DNA of 64,000 nucleotides from an archaeon (GTDB taxonomy: Archaea; Nanobdellota; Nanobdellia; Pacearchaeales; GW2011-AR1), in NCBI GenBank assembly GCA_021107855.1, contig JAIORZ010000006.1, forward strand, positions 32,480 through 96,479, read 5' to 3'. The notes under the pieces are model-generated. The model had not been told where the DNA came from. It did not search any database and worked only from the letters and a program-made list of their open reading frames with translations. This document shows, piece after piece, positions 9,299 through 18,276 of this stretch. The number at the start of each line of letters is the position of its first letter. Position 1 is the stretch's first letter. Made by a program: the position numbers and the translations under genes.

Positions 9299-9597
9299 TA
9301 AAGGAATCGAGACCTGTTAGTATGACTGAGGTTGTTAAGTTGGTTGGGGATTCGGAGAAGGCGGAGGAGATTAAGAGATTTGTTAAGAATTTTGATGTTT
9401 TGAAAGTTGAAAAGGCGGAGGAATTAGCTAAGGAAATTGAGGCGCTTGATTTGATTAAGTTGAAGGATCTTCATGTTGTGAAGATTGTGGATTTTGTGCC
9501 GACGGACGCTGAGGAATTGAATAAAGTTTTGGTTGATGTTTCGCTTGACGCGGATGAAGTAAATAAGATTTTGGATATTACTAAAAAATTCAAATAG
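9295..9597 (+). CDS. rpoF: RNA polymerase subunit F (Rpo4)
   Basis: HRDC-like VKIVDFVP...EL; canonical rpl21e-rpoF-DUF655 order. Confidence 0.88.
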   Translation: MIKESRPVSMTEVVKLVGDSEKAEEIKRFVKNFDVLKVEKAEELAKEIEALDLIKLKDLHVVKIVDFVPTDAEELNKVLVDVSLDADEVNKILDITKKFK

Positions 9598-9601
9598 ACT
9601 T

Positions 9602-10138
9602 ATGGCGAAAGAAGAGCACGCAATTATTTTAGACTTTTTACCATATGGTTATCCGCTGGAGAATCGTAGGATGCCGTTGGGGCAAGCGATTGGGATAGGT
9701 GGTTTTACTTTGTTGCAATTGGTTCCTAGGCGTGGCGAGAGGTTTGAGGTTGGAGATAAGGTTTATATTGGGGACGGGAAAAGGGATAAGGTTCAGTATA
9801 TTTTAGGTAGATGTCCGAGGGAGAAATTGACTGAGACTGCGAAAGGTCAGCTTGGGGATTTTGTTGAGGAATCGGTTTTGGATGACGAGGAAAGGTTTGT
9901 TAATTTCTTTAATAAAGCGCAAGCTATAAATACCCGACTTCACCAGTTTGAATTGCTGCCTGGTCTTGGGAAGAAACACACGAGTGCTATTTTGAAGGCT
10001 AGGGAAGAAAAAGAATTTGAATCGTTTGAGGATATTAGGGAACGGGTTAGCAATATACCGTCGCCGGAGAAGGTTGTTAGTAAAAGAATTATGGAGGAGT
10101 TGACAGAAATGCAGAGGCACAATCTGTTTATTTTTTAA
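9602..10138 (+). CDS. DUF655 putative RNA-binding protein
   Basis: ILDFLPYG, RLHQFELLPGLGKKH HhH motif; synteny. Confidence 0.92.
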   Translation: MAKEEHAIILDFLPYGYPLENRRMPLGQAIGIGGFTLLQLVPRRGERFEVGDKVYIGDGKRDKVQYILGRCPREKLTETAKGQLGDFVEESVLDDEERFVNFFNKAQAINTRLHQFELLPGLGKKHTSAILKAREEKEFESFEDIRERVSNIPSPEKVVSKRIMEELTEMQRHNLFIF

Positions 10139-10139
10139 G

Positions 10140-10613
10140 ATGGAAGGAAAGAAAGATTATAAGAGAAAGAAGGAAGAAGATGTTATCTTGGTTAGGGTTT
10201 TGGGTAAAGATATTCGAGGGGATATTAAAATAAGGTCGGCTTTGACTAAGGTTGATGGGGTGTCTTGGGCGATTTCTAATGCTGTTTGTAAGGTTTTGGA
10301 GTTGGATCAGAATGTGAAGTTGCAGGATTTTAAGAAGGATGAATTGAAAAAAATTGAGGAGTTTATGAAGAATTTGGAGGTTCCGAGTTTTTTGAAGAAT
10401 CGGCAGAATGATTTGGAGAGTGGAGAGGATTTGCATATTAGTGGGGCGGATTTGAAGTTGAGGAAGGAGTTTGATATTAAGAGACTTAAGAAGATTAGGT
10501 CGTATAAGGGTGTTCGGCATGTTGCTGGATTGCCAGTTAGAGGGCAGAGAACTAAAGCTAATTTTAGGAGGAATAGGAAGCCGTCCGTTGCTGCGGCGAA
10601 GAAGAAAGGATAG
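10140..10613 (+). CDS. rps13: 30S ribosomal protein S13
   Basis: IRSYKGVRH..GLPVRGQRTKANFR. Confidence 0.97.
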   Translation: MEGKKDYKRKKEEDVILVRVLGKDIRGDIKIRSALTKVDGVSWAISNAVCKVLELDQNVKLQDFKKDELKKIEEFMKNLEVPSFLKNRQNDLESGEDLHISGADLKLRKEFDIKRLKKIRSYKGVRHVAGLPVRGQRTKANFRRNRKPSVAAAKKKG

Positions 10614-11185
10614 TGGGAGATATTAAAAGAAAACGTAAATTGTTTAGTCGTCCGAAGAAGCTGTATGACCGGGCTAGGATGGACGAGGAGAATGTTTTGG
10701 TGAAGCGGTATGGGTTGAAAAATAAGAGGGAAATTTGGAAGGCGAAGAGTGCGGTTTCTAAGTTGAGGCGTAGGGCGAAGGGTTTGATTGGGGCGAGTGA
10801 CGAGGAGCAGAGGGCGTTTTTTGAGAAGTTGGGTAAGGTTGGGTTTAATATTACAGATATTTCTGATGTTTTGGCTTTGACTGAGGAGAATATTTTTGAC
10901 AGGCGATTGCAGACTTTTGTTGTTAGGAAAAAATTGGCGACTACTCCTAAGGGTGCGCGACAGTTGATTGTTCATAAGAATGTTTTGGTTGATGGGAAGA
11001 TTGTGAATATTCCGTCGTTTGTTGTGACTCTGGAGCTTGAGGGGAAGATTGCTTTGAAGGAGAGGAAGGTTAAGCCAAAGAAAGAAGTTGTTGAGGATAA
11101 GCCTGAAGAACCTGTTGTTGAGGAGAATATTAAAGAGGAGGCCCCATTGGATAATAAAGATCAAACGGGGCAAGATAAAGAATAA
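10613..11185 (+). CDS. rps4: 30S ribosomal protein S4
   Basis: YGLKNKREIW, RRLQT, ARQLIVH; acidic C-terminal tail. Confidence 0.97.
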   Translation: MGDIKRKRKLFSRPKKLYDRARMDEENVLVKRYGLKNKREIWKAKSAVSKLRRRAKGLIGASDEEQRAFFEKLGKVGFNITDISDVLALTEENIFDRRLQTFVVRKKLATTPKGARQLIVHKNVLVDGKIVNIPSFVVTLELEGKIALKERKVKPKKEVVEDKPEEPVVEENIKEEAPLDNKDQTGQDKE

Positions 11186-11574
11186 TGGCAAAGAAAGAAG
11201 AAGAGAATATTGGGATTGTGAATATTTATGCGACTTTTAATAATACGATTGCGACTGTGACGGATTTGGCTGGGAATACGATTGGGCGGATTAGTGGTGG
11301 GCAGATTACGAAGCATGATAGGATGCGGGCGAACCCGACGATCGCGATGTTTATTGCTAAGAGAGTTCAGGAGATTTGTAGGGATTACAGGATTAATGCG
11401 GTTTACGTTAGGATGAAGGGGCAGACTGGGGCGACTGGGGTTGGACCTGGGGCGCATGCGATTGTTAGGACGTTGACGAAGGAAGGTATGAAGATTTTGA
11501 GTATGGCGGAGACTACTGCTACTGCTCGAGGTGGACCGAAGAAGAAGGGAGGTCGGAGAGGTCGGAGACCATAA
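11185..11574 (+). CDS. rps11: 30S ribosomal protein S11
   Basis: FNNTI..TD..G, GPGA, GGRRGRR. Confidence 0.97.
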   Translation: MAKKEEENIGIVNIYATFNNTIATVTDLAGNTIGRISGGQITKHDRMRANPTIAMFIAKRVQEICRDYRINAVYVRMKGQTGATGVGPGAHAIVRTLTKEGMKILSMAETTATARGGPKKKGGRRGRRP

Positions 11575-11706
11575 TGAAATTAAAAATTTCATCGGGGGTG
11601 GGTATTTGGTATTCGGACGCTTCGCTGGTCGGGGCTTGGCGAATTGAATTAGGGAATAAATTTGGGAGTATAAACTTATAAACTGATAATTTGATAAAAT
11701 ATTAAG

Positions 11707-12414
11707 ATGGAAAATATAAAAAATACAAGCGAGGAAGTTGTTTTTAGTGTTGAGATGAATGTCAGTTTGGCGAACGCGATTCGGAGGAGTGTCGGTGAGA
11801 TTGATATTTTGGCGATTGATGAATGTGATATTTACAAAAACGATTCTGCACTCTACGACGAGATTATTGCGCATCGGTTGGGTTTGGTAAGTTTGAAGAA
11901 TCAGAAGATGAAGAAGGGTGATGTTGTGGAGTTTAAGTTGAAAGGGAAGGGGGAAGTGGATGGTAAGATGATTTTGGCTGGTGAGATGGGCGCTGAGGTT
12001 ATTTATCCTGAGACTCCGATTGTTTTGTTGGGGGAAGGTCAGCAGTTGGAGATTGTTGCGAGGGCTCGTGCTGGTAAGGGTATTAATCATGCGAAGTTTA
12101 TGCCGGGGCTTGTTTATTATAAACATTTGCCGATGATTAAGTTGAATGCTGAGGGTGAGAAGCAAACTGAGTTGGTTGAGATTTATCCTGAGGTTTTTGA
12201 GATGTATGGCGAGAAAGTGAAGGTGAAGAATGCGTGGAAATGTAATTTGGACGAAGAGGATGTGAAGGATTATCCTGGTGTTGAGGTTTCGTTTGATGAT
12301 AATTTGGTTTTTGCGATTGAGTCGTGGGGACAGATGGAGGCTAAGAAAATTTTTGAGGAATCGTGCAGGGTGTTGAAGAGTAATTTGTTAGAGGTTTCTA
12401 AGGCGGTTAAGTGA
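11707..12414 (+). CDS. rpoD: RNA polymerase subunit D (Rpo3)
   Basis: ANAIRR, NDSALYDEIIAHRLGL, G.G..HAKF.P. Confidence 0.95.
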   Translation: MENIKNTSEEVVFSVEMNVSLANAIRRSVGEIDILAIDECDIYKNDSALYDEIIAHRLGLVSLKNQKMKKGDVVEFKLKGKGEVDGKMILAGEMGAEVIYPETPIVLLGEGQQLEIVARARAGKGINHAKFMPGLVYYKHLPMIKLNAEGEKQTELVEIYPEVFEMYGEKVKVKNAWKCNLDEEDVKDYPGVEVSFDDNLVFAIESWGQMEAKKIFEESCRVLKSNLLEVSKAVK

Positions 12415-12776
12415 TGGAAGTTAGCATTAATAAGACCAAGATTGAAAAAAGAATGCGTGGGAAAATGGATGGTGAGTTGGTTAATGTTATTGTGAAGTTG
12501 AAGAAGACGAATCCTGTTGTGGCTAAGGAATTGGCGCGACCGAAGAGACGGTGGCCGGCTGTGAATTTGAAAGATATTGATATGATTAAGGGGGATGTTC
12601 TGGTTGCTGGGAAAGTTTTGAGTGCTGGGGATTTGAGTGGACCGAAAAAAATTGTTGCTTGGGCTGTGAGCGAGAAGGCTTTGGGTAAAATTAATAACAT
12701 GAAAGGGACTTTTGTTTTTATTGGGGAAGAGATGAAGAAGAATCCGAAATTAAATGGTTTTGATATTTTGCGATAA
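12411..12776 (+). CDS. rpl18e: 50S ribosomal protein L18e
   Basis: P.RR...VNL..I, V.GKVLS.G; follows rpoD. Confidence 0.92.
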   Translation: MMEVSINKTKIEKRMRGKMDGELVNVIVKLKKTNPVVAKELARPKRRWPAVNLKDIDMIKGDVLVAGKVLSAGDLSGPKKIVAWAVSEKALGKINNMKGTFVFIGEEMKKNPKLNGFDILR

Positions 12777-12777
12777 G

Positions 12778-12966
12778 ATGAAGAATTGTTCTGGAGTTAC
12801 TTATGATGGGAGAAGGTTTCGTTTTTATTCTGATAGTAGAGAAGGATTTAAAAGGTATATGGAAAATGTTGCAGCTAATCCAAACAGAGAGGGTTTGTGG
12901 AGTTCTGAACCTGATAGTACTTTTAATTTGAAAAAAAGTTTGGAGGCGACTTTGATGTTATGGTGA
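12778..12966 (+). CDS. small hypothetical protein inserted in ribosomal operon
   Basis: ATG 1 nt after the rpl18e stop, overlaps the rpl13 start, resembles 13352-13555. Confidence 0.65.
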   Translation: MKNCSGVTYDGRRFRFYSDSREGFKRYMENVAANPNREGLWSSEPDSTFNLKKSLEATLMLW

Positions 12967-13355
12967 AAATAATTTATGACGGTGAAGGAGCGGTTTTTGG
13001 TAGGTTGGCTAGTGTTGTTGCTAAAGATTTGTTGAAGGGCGAGAACGTTGATGTTGTTAATTGTGAGAAGATTATTATTTCTGGGGATAAGAAGTTGTTG
13101 GCGAAAAAGATTTTGACGAAGAGAGAAATGGGAAGTGGTGGTTCGATGAAGGGACCGAAATATCCTAGGGTTGCTGATAAGTTGGTTAAGAGAATGATTA
13201 GGGGGATGTTGCCGCGGGATAGGGCGAAGGGGAGAGATGCTTTTAGAAATTTGAAGTGTTATGTCGGCGGGAAAAGTGAAGGAGCTGTTAAATTAAATCA
13301 TAGAAAGCCGATGAGGTTTGTTTCGGTTGAGGAAATTGTGAGGTTGTTGAAATGA
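12960..13355 (+). CDS. rpl13: 50S ribosomal protein L13
   Basis: D.EGAVFGRLAS.VAK.LL.GE, GPKYPR, IRGMLP. Confidence 0.96.
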   Translation: MVKIIYDGEGAVFGRLASVVAKDLLKGENVDVVNCEKIIISGDKKLLAKKILTKREMGSGGSMKGPKYPRVADKLVKRMIRGMLPRDRAKGRDAFRNLKCYVGGKSEGAVKLNHRKPMRFVSVEEIVRLLK

Positions 13356-13555
13356 ACGGAGAATTGTATTGTGGAATAATTAGAATGAATAAAGTTACTG
13401 GAGTTCCTGGACAAGAAGTTGTTTTATATTCTGAGGATGAAAAAAGAGAATTCGATTATAAAACTAAGACACATGAGAAAGATATTGAAAGTTATCTCTG
13501 GATTGTAAATCCTGACAATATGCAAACGTTGATGGAGGCCACATTATTAGAATGA
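13352..13555 (+). CDS. small hypothetical protein inserted in ribosomal operon
   Basis: ATGA overlaps with both rpl13 and rps9; resembles 12778-12966. Confidence 0.7.
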   Translation: MNGELYCGIIRMNKVTGVPGQEVVLYSEDEKREFDYKTKTHEKDIESYLWIVNPDNMQTLMEATLLE

Positions 13556-13959
13556 AGGATAATAAGTTGGTTGTTTCGGGGAAACGGAAGACTGCGGTTG
13601 CTAAGGCTACGATTGGAGAGGGAACTGGTGTTGTGACTTTTAATAAGAGGCCTATATCTTTTCTTAGTAGTTTGCAGCAGTTGGAGATTAGTGAGCCGTT
13701 GATTATTGCGAAGGATGTTTTGGGTGAGTTGAATTTTGATATTGCTTTGAATGTGAAGGGTGGCGGGATTGCTTGTCAGGTTGAGGCGGGTCGGTTGGCG
13801 ATTGCGAAGGCGATTGTTGGTTTTGTTGGGAAGGATGATGTGAAGCATGCGTTTTTGGCGTATGATAGAAATATGTTGGTTGCGGATACTCGTCGGAAGG
13901 AGACTTGTAAGCCTGGGGATTCTAAGGCGCGGGCGAATAGGCAGACGTCGTTTAGATAA
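13552..13959 (+). CDS. rps9: 30S ribosomal protein S9
   Basis: SGKRKTAVA, V.GGG...Q, YDR..LV.D.R, RQTSFR. Confidence 0.97.
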   Translation: MKDNKLVVSGKRKTAVAKATIGEGTGVVTFNKRPISFLSSLQQLEISEPLIIAKDVLGELNFDIALNVKGGGIACQVEAGRLAIAKAIVGFVGKDDVKHAFLAYDRNMLVADTRRKETCKPGDSKARANRQTSFR

Positions 13960-14490
13960 TTATTTTCTTGGCTTCAAATAACTTTTCAATTTCCGTTGAG
14001 CCGCGTAGAATATCTCTGGATTGATTATTGGTTGGTGATTGCCTTTGTGAATTTTGCCGTCGAATTTGATTTCTCCTAAGTAGGTTCGGTTGGTGAGGAC
14101 TTTTTTGAGACCGTTGACTGATAGGGAGAAGTTTTTGGAGAGGGAGTTTAGGGAGTAGTTTCGTGCGAGGAAGGTTTTGAAGAGGGAGTGGATGCGGATT
14201 GAGTTTTCGTTTGGAGTGAGGTTGCCGTTTGTTGCGTCGTAGCCTAGGGGTGGGCGAGTTTGGAGTTTGCCGAGGAATGCCATTTTTTGCATGCCTTTTT
14301 TTTGTTTTGCTCCTGGACTGCTGCCGTAATTTCTGAATGTGTCTAGAATTTTCCAGTCAACTTTTTCTGCGATGTAATTTTGGAAATCTTCTTTTTTGGT
14401 TGGTGCGAATGTTGCGCAAACTTTGCAGAGCGTTGTGTCGAAGATTTTTGTTTGGGATTTTTCTGTGTAACCGCATTTTTCGCATGGCAT
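13960..14490 (-). CDS. large-serine-recombinase DNA-binding ('Recombinase') domain protein with N-terminal Zn finger; no catalytic domain visible
   Basis: CEKC..CKVC, then PPLGY...VLTNRTYLG...GNHQPII....FYAAQ. Confidence 0.8.
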   Translation of the reverse strand: MPCEKCGYTEKSQTKIFDTTLCKVCATFAPTKKEDFQNYIAEKVDWKILDTFRNYGSSPGAKQKKGMQKMAFLGKLQTRPPLGYDATNGNLTPNENSIRIHSLFKTFLARNYSLNSLSKNFSLSVNGLKKVLTNRTYLGEIKFDGKIHKGNHQPIINPEIFYAAQRKLKSYLKPRK

Positions 14491-14540
14491 GGTTTTGACA
14501 GGAGGGTAGATTTTATAAAACATGGTGTGTTTGTTTTTTT

Positions 14541-14981
14541 ATGAAAGAGAGAGGTTTGATTGGTATGATTATTTTGGGGATGTTTGGATTTTTGTTGATT
14601 GTTGGAATTGGGGCTGGGATTTATTTTTACAATTTTCATGTGTTTAAGGAAATTCGGATTTGTGTTGGGGAGGGTGAGAATACTATGTTCCCTTGTAATA
14701 CTCAGGAAGATTGTGTTAATGTAATGAGGGAGGCTGACTTGGATTTTAGTGTTTTAGATGGGGCTCCGGATTTTGTGGTGAAGAATTTTAATGATATTTT
14801 AGAGAGTGCCGTTTATTGTGAGGAGAGTTGTTTTGTTGGGAATGTGCGTGGGATTGATTATGAGAGTGGGGAGATTGAGGGATTGGAGAGTTGTTTAGAT
14901 GGGGAGGAGGAGTTTGTTATGGAAATTCGGGGGAAGGAAGGGGTTGAGATTTTGAAGTGGATGAAGGATAATAAAGATTAA
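14541..14981 (+). CDS. membrane-anchored hypothetical protein, Cys-containing
   Basis: N-terminal KERG plus hydrophobic helix (class III signal-like), several Cys. Confidence 0.7.
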   Translation: MKERGLIGMIILGMFGFLLIVGIGAGIYFYNFHVFKEIRICVGEGENTMFPCNTQEDCVNVMREADLDFSVLDGAPDFVVKNFNDILESAVYCEESCFVGNVRGIDYESGEIEGLESCLDGEEEFVMEIRGKEGVEILKWMKDNKD

Positions 14982-15958
14982 GATTCGGCTGCCTGTGTTG
15001 CTCCGAATACGATGTTTCCTGTGCATGTTCCGGCGACTCCTGTTGGAACGTAGATTCTCCAGTATGTTGGTTTGATTGTGTCGTCTGTCGTGTCGTCTGT
15101 TCTTGAGGTTAGGTTGAATTGTTTGACTGCTGGGGTCGTGGTTAGGTTTGTGTAGTTTGCTTGGAACTGGGTGAAATTGAGTTGACCTGGAGCTGATGTT
15201 GTTAGGTTGTATTTTTCTAAGTCGACGGAGATATTTTTTGATGCGCCTAAGGTGCAGTTCATTGCGTTGCCGTCGTTCGGATTTGCTCCATATCCTTCTA
15301 GTGAAAGGTTGGCTTTTACGTTCCCGTAATTTGTGATATTAATTGTCTGTTCGTTTGAGACTGATGTTGCATTTATTAGTCCGTAGCTAATCCAGTCTGG
15401 GAGTCCGAGAGAGAGGAGTGGCGAAATTGTTCCTTGTTTTGTTCCTGTCCCTATGCCGCCCTCTGTGTCGTTTGCTTGTATTGTGCAGTTCCAGCTTCCC
15501 GCGTTTGCATAATATAATATTTGGAATGTGCAATTTGCCAGGGCGCTTTCTCCGTCGTCATTAAATCCATTAAATGAAATAAATGATGTGTTTATATGAC
15601 AAGATGAGTTTGTGTAGTGGTTGTTGTTATCGTCTGGGTTTGATTGTGGGATGGATGAGTCGAAAAATGTCGCGTTGGCCGCTGTTATGTCGGCTTCTCC
15701 GTTGTAGTCTACAATGACCGCTACGCACTCGACGAGTGTTGTTGAATTTGGAGTTAGGGTTATGTCTACACCTCCGTTGATTGACATATTGTGTATTTCT
15801 GGGGCTGTGTTCCCGACTGTTAATTCGGATGTTGTGTTTGTATTGGGGGAACCTATTCCTGCTAAGACTTCTTGTGGTGCGAAGGAGAAGAGTGCCAATA
15901 ATAGTAGCACTTCTAAGATTATTAGCGTGATTCCCGTTAATGGATTTTCATTTTTCAT
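14978..15958 (-). CDS. secreted subunit, family A (paralog 1)
   Basis: Signal peptide; DDNNNHYTNSSC, YYAN..W.C, TNYGNV, YWRIYVP.GV.G.C.G.I.FGA shared with 16470 and 47945. Confidence 0.85.
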   Translation of the reverse strand: MKNENPLTGITLIILEVLLLLALFSFAPQEVLAGIGSPNTNTTSELTVGNTAPEIHNMSINGGVDITLTPNSTTLVECVAVIVDYNGEADITAANATFFDSSIPQSNPDDNNNHYTNSSCHINTSFISFNGFNDDGESALANCTFQILYYANAGSWNCTIQANDTEGGIGTGTKQGTISPLLSLGLPDWISYGLINATSVSNEQTINITNYGNVKANLSLEGYGANPNDGNAMNCTLGASKNISVDLEKYNLTTSAPGQLNFTQFQANYTNLTTTPAVKQFNLTSRTDDTTDDTIKPTYWRIYVPTGVAGTCTGNIVFGATQAAES

Positions 15959-16151
15959 TTTTGATTATGGCTTTCCAGTAGATTTTAGTTCGGCCTTTTT
16001 TCTCGAGCCATCCCTTTTCATGCATTTCTTCGAGATATTTCTCTGTGGTGTTCCAGGATATTTTTGTGGCTTTTGATATCTCGGTTGTGTTTTGATATTT
16101 AGGATTTTTGATTAGTGTGATTAGGATTTGGGTTTCGTATGGATTTAGCAT
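15948..16151 (-). CDS. small winged-HTH regulator
   Basis: IL..L...TTEISKATKISWNT..KYL..M...GWL. Confidence 0.8.
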   Translation of the reverse strand: MLNPYETQILITLIKNPKYQNTTEISKATKISWNTTEKYLEEMHEKGWLEKKGRTKIYWKAIIKNEK

Positions 16152-16152
16152 T

Positions 16153-16368
16153 TTAAATTTGGTATGTTAGTGTTTTAGTTTTTGGATTATATTTCACTTT
16201 CAATTTCTGACCCTTTGCTAATTCGAGTTCTCGTCTGATTTCGGCTGGGACTGGGAGTTTGATTTGGTGTTTTTCGACGATTGCGGTTACGGAAATTTTG
16301 TTTTCGGATTTCTCAATTATTTTGATGTTGAGTTCTTTTAGAATTTCTTGGGGAATTCCTTTCTTCAT
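16153..16368 (-). CDS. AbrB/MazE-like DNA-binding protein
   Basis: QIKLPVPAEIRRELELAKGQKLKV. Confidence 0.75.
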   Translation of the reverse strand: MKKGIPQEILKELNIKIIEKSENKISVTAIVEKHQIKLPVPAEIRRELELAKGQKLKVKYNPKTKTLTYQI

Positions 16369-16371
16369 ATC

Positions 16372-16437
16372 TTTAGACTAATTTTACATTATATAAAGCT
16401 TTCGTAGTCCTTATAATTTTAGACTAAGATTACATTA
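16372..16437. promoter_or_regulatory. 20-bp direct repeats flanking a TATA box (putative operator)
   Basis: TTTAGACTAAttTTACATTA (16372-16391) and TTTAGACTAAgaTTACATTA (16418-16437), 18/20 identical. Confidence 0.7.
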
Positions 16438-16469
16438 AAAAAATATTGAGTGAAAATGATGGTATAAAA

Positions 16470-17462
16470 TTAACTTGCGGCTGCTTGTGTTGCACCAAAT
16501 ATTATTGATCCATTGCATGTCCCGGCGACTCCTTTTGGAACGTAGATTCTCCAGTAAGCTTCCTTGATTGCTTCATTTACTGTGTCATTTGTTCGGTAGT
16601 CTAGTTCGAATCGTCTGATTGGGGGAGCACCGCTTGTTAGATTTGTATAGTTTCCTGCGAGTTGAGCTAGGGTGAATTGTCCTGGGTTTGGTGTAGTTAG
16701 ATTATACTTTTCATGTTCTATGGCTATTGTCCCTATATTTCCCAATGTGCAGACCATTGCCAAGTTGTCGTCCTCTACTGCTCCATATCCTTCTAGCGAG
16801 AGGTTGACTTGCACATTTCCGTAATTTGTAACGTTTGTTGTGTTTTCATTTGAGACTTCTGTTGCGTTGACTATCCCGTAGTTGATTGTGTCGGGGAGTC
16901 CGAGTGAAAGAAGTGGGGAAATTGTTATGACGTCTGTGTTTTCTCCCATCCATCCGACTGTATCATTTACTGTTACATGGCAAATCCAATCTTCCGCGTT
17001 CGCGTAGTATTCTACTTGGAATGTGCAATTTGCTAACGAGAGGTAGGGGTCGTCTGTGTAACCATTATACCCCCCTGTGTCTGCATCAATTACGCAAGAT
17101 GAGTTTGTGTAATGATAGTTATTGTCGTCTGAATCTCCTGATGAGGAGGCTACTGAATCATAGAATGTTGCGTTGACCGCTACGATGTCGGCGTCACCGT
17201 TGTAATCTCTTAGGATTGCCATACATTGGACTAATGTTGTGGCATTTGGGGTTAGGATTAGAGAGGCTGCGTCGTCGTCGATACTTACGTTAATTACTTC
17301 AGGGTATGTATTCCCAACGGTTAAATTCGTGAGTACTGTTGCATCAGGGGTTCCTATTTCTGCGATTACCGACGAGGGGACGAAGGAGAAAAATGCTAAG
17401 AGAAGTGAAATTTCTAAGAAAATTAGTCCAATCCCTATTGCTGTCTTATTTTTTGTTTTCAT
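16470..17462 (-). CDS. secreted subunit, family A (paralog 2)
   Basis: Collinear with the 14978 protein over its full length. Confidence 0.85.
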   Translation of the reverse strand: MKTKNKTAIGIGLIFLEISLLLAFFSFVPSSVIAEIGTPDATVLTNLTVGNTYPEVINVSIDDDAASLILTPNATTLVQCMAILRDYNGDADIVAVNATFYDSVASSSGDSDDNNYHYTNSSCVIDADTGGYNGYTDDPYLSLANCTFQVEYYANAEDWICHVTVNDTVGWMGENTDVITISPLLSLGLPDTINYGIVNATEVSNENTTNVTNYGNVQVNLSLEGYGAVEDDNLAMVCTLGNIGTIAIEHEKYNLTTPNPGQFTLAQLAGNYTNLTSGAPPIRRFELDYRTNDTVNEAIKEAYWRIYVPKGVAGTCNGSIIFGATQAAAS

Positions 17463-17468
17463 GTTTCA

Positions 17469-18206
17469 TTATCCTAGTTCCACGTATATGTAATATGCAG
17501 TTGTTCCTGTGTTTGTTTCATTCCCGTTTTCCGGGACAATCATTTGAAAATCATATGTGGCTCCGTCATAACCTTGTTCGTCTGCTTCTAAGACTGTTGC
17601 AAATACTATGTCTGTGTTTGTGGAATCGTAAAGAATGACTTCTTCGAATTTGGTATCTGTGACATTATTTACATATGTGTTTGTTGCGGAACAGGTGTTT
17701 GTTGTAATTGTGGTTCCTGCAACTAGAAAAGTTTCGGCGTTGCTAGCGGGAGTAAAAGTTGATGTGATGTTGTCTTCGCCTGTCTGTTCCATGGCTACAT
17801 CTTCTGCTGTTATTTGTGCTGCGTTTGCGCATCCTATTGTGGTCCATTCAATTGTTGCGGAGGCTCTTGTTGCATAGACCTCTCCTGTAACTGTGCTCAT
17901 TGTCCAATCATAAATTGTCGAGCCTGTGGAATCGTCTAGTGTGAATTTCCCTTCTAACTGCCCCACGAATGCTTTCCAATGCGGATTTTGAGATGTTGCT
18001 GTTATGTTAAATTTTGAAATATATCCTCCAGAAATATTAACCATTTGACCTCCAGTAGCAATTCCTGTTGTATTTGAGACATGTGTGATTGCACTTGGTC
18101 CGGTTGGGATTGCGATTGCTAGGGTGGATAAAAATATTAGGGATAAAAGAATCACACTAATTACTATCGTTTTCTCTTTCATTGCTTGTTTCTTGGGTAT
18201 TCCCAT
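17469..18206 (-). CDS. secreted subunit, family B (divergent paralog)
   Basis: WKAFVG...G..TL.DS.G..IYDW...GEVYA...FEEVILYD...DFQMIVPE...YYIYVELG. Start uncertain (18206 or 18182). Confidence 0.85.
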   Translation of the reverse strand: MGIPKKQAMKEKTIVISVILLSLIFLSTLAIAIPTGPSAITHVSNTTGIATGGQMVNISGGYISKFNITATSQNPHWKAFVGQLEGKFTLDDSTGSTIYDWTMSTVTGEVYATRASATIEWTTIGCANAAQITAEDVAMEQTGEDNITSTFTPASNAETFLVAGTTITTNTCSATNTYVNNVTDTKFEEVILYDSTNTDIVFATVLEADEQGYDGATYDFQMIVPENGNETNTGTTAYYIYVELG

Positions 18207-18225
18207 TCTTCTCTTTCTTGTAGAT

Positions 18226-18252
18226 TTTTGCACCCTTTTTATTGGGGCAAAA
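18226..18252 (-). terminator. hairpin downstream of family B gene 18277-19005
   Basis: Minus strand TTTTGCCCC-aataaaaa-GGGTGCAAAA, preceded by T tracts. Confidence 0.45.
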
Positions 18253-18276
18253 AATTGTTAAAAAAAATAAATCTTT

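Noticed and set aside
4398-13848. Long antisense ORFs over the ABC and ribosomal genes (e.g. 4398-5150, 10307-11191, 11161-12165)
   Set aside because: Shadows of well-supported plus-strand genes; biased N/L/P/H/Q composition and no motifs.
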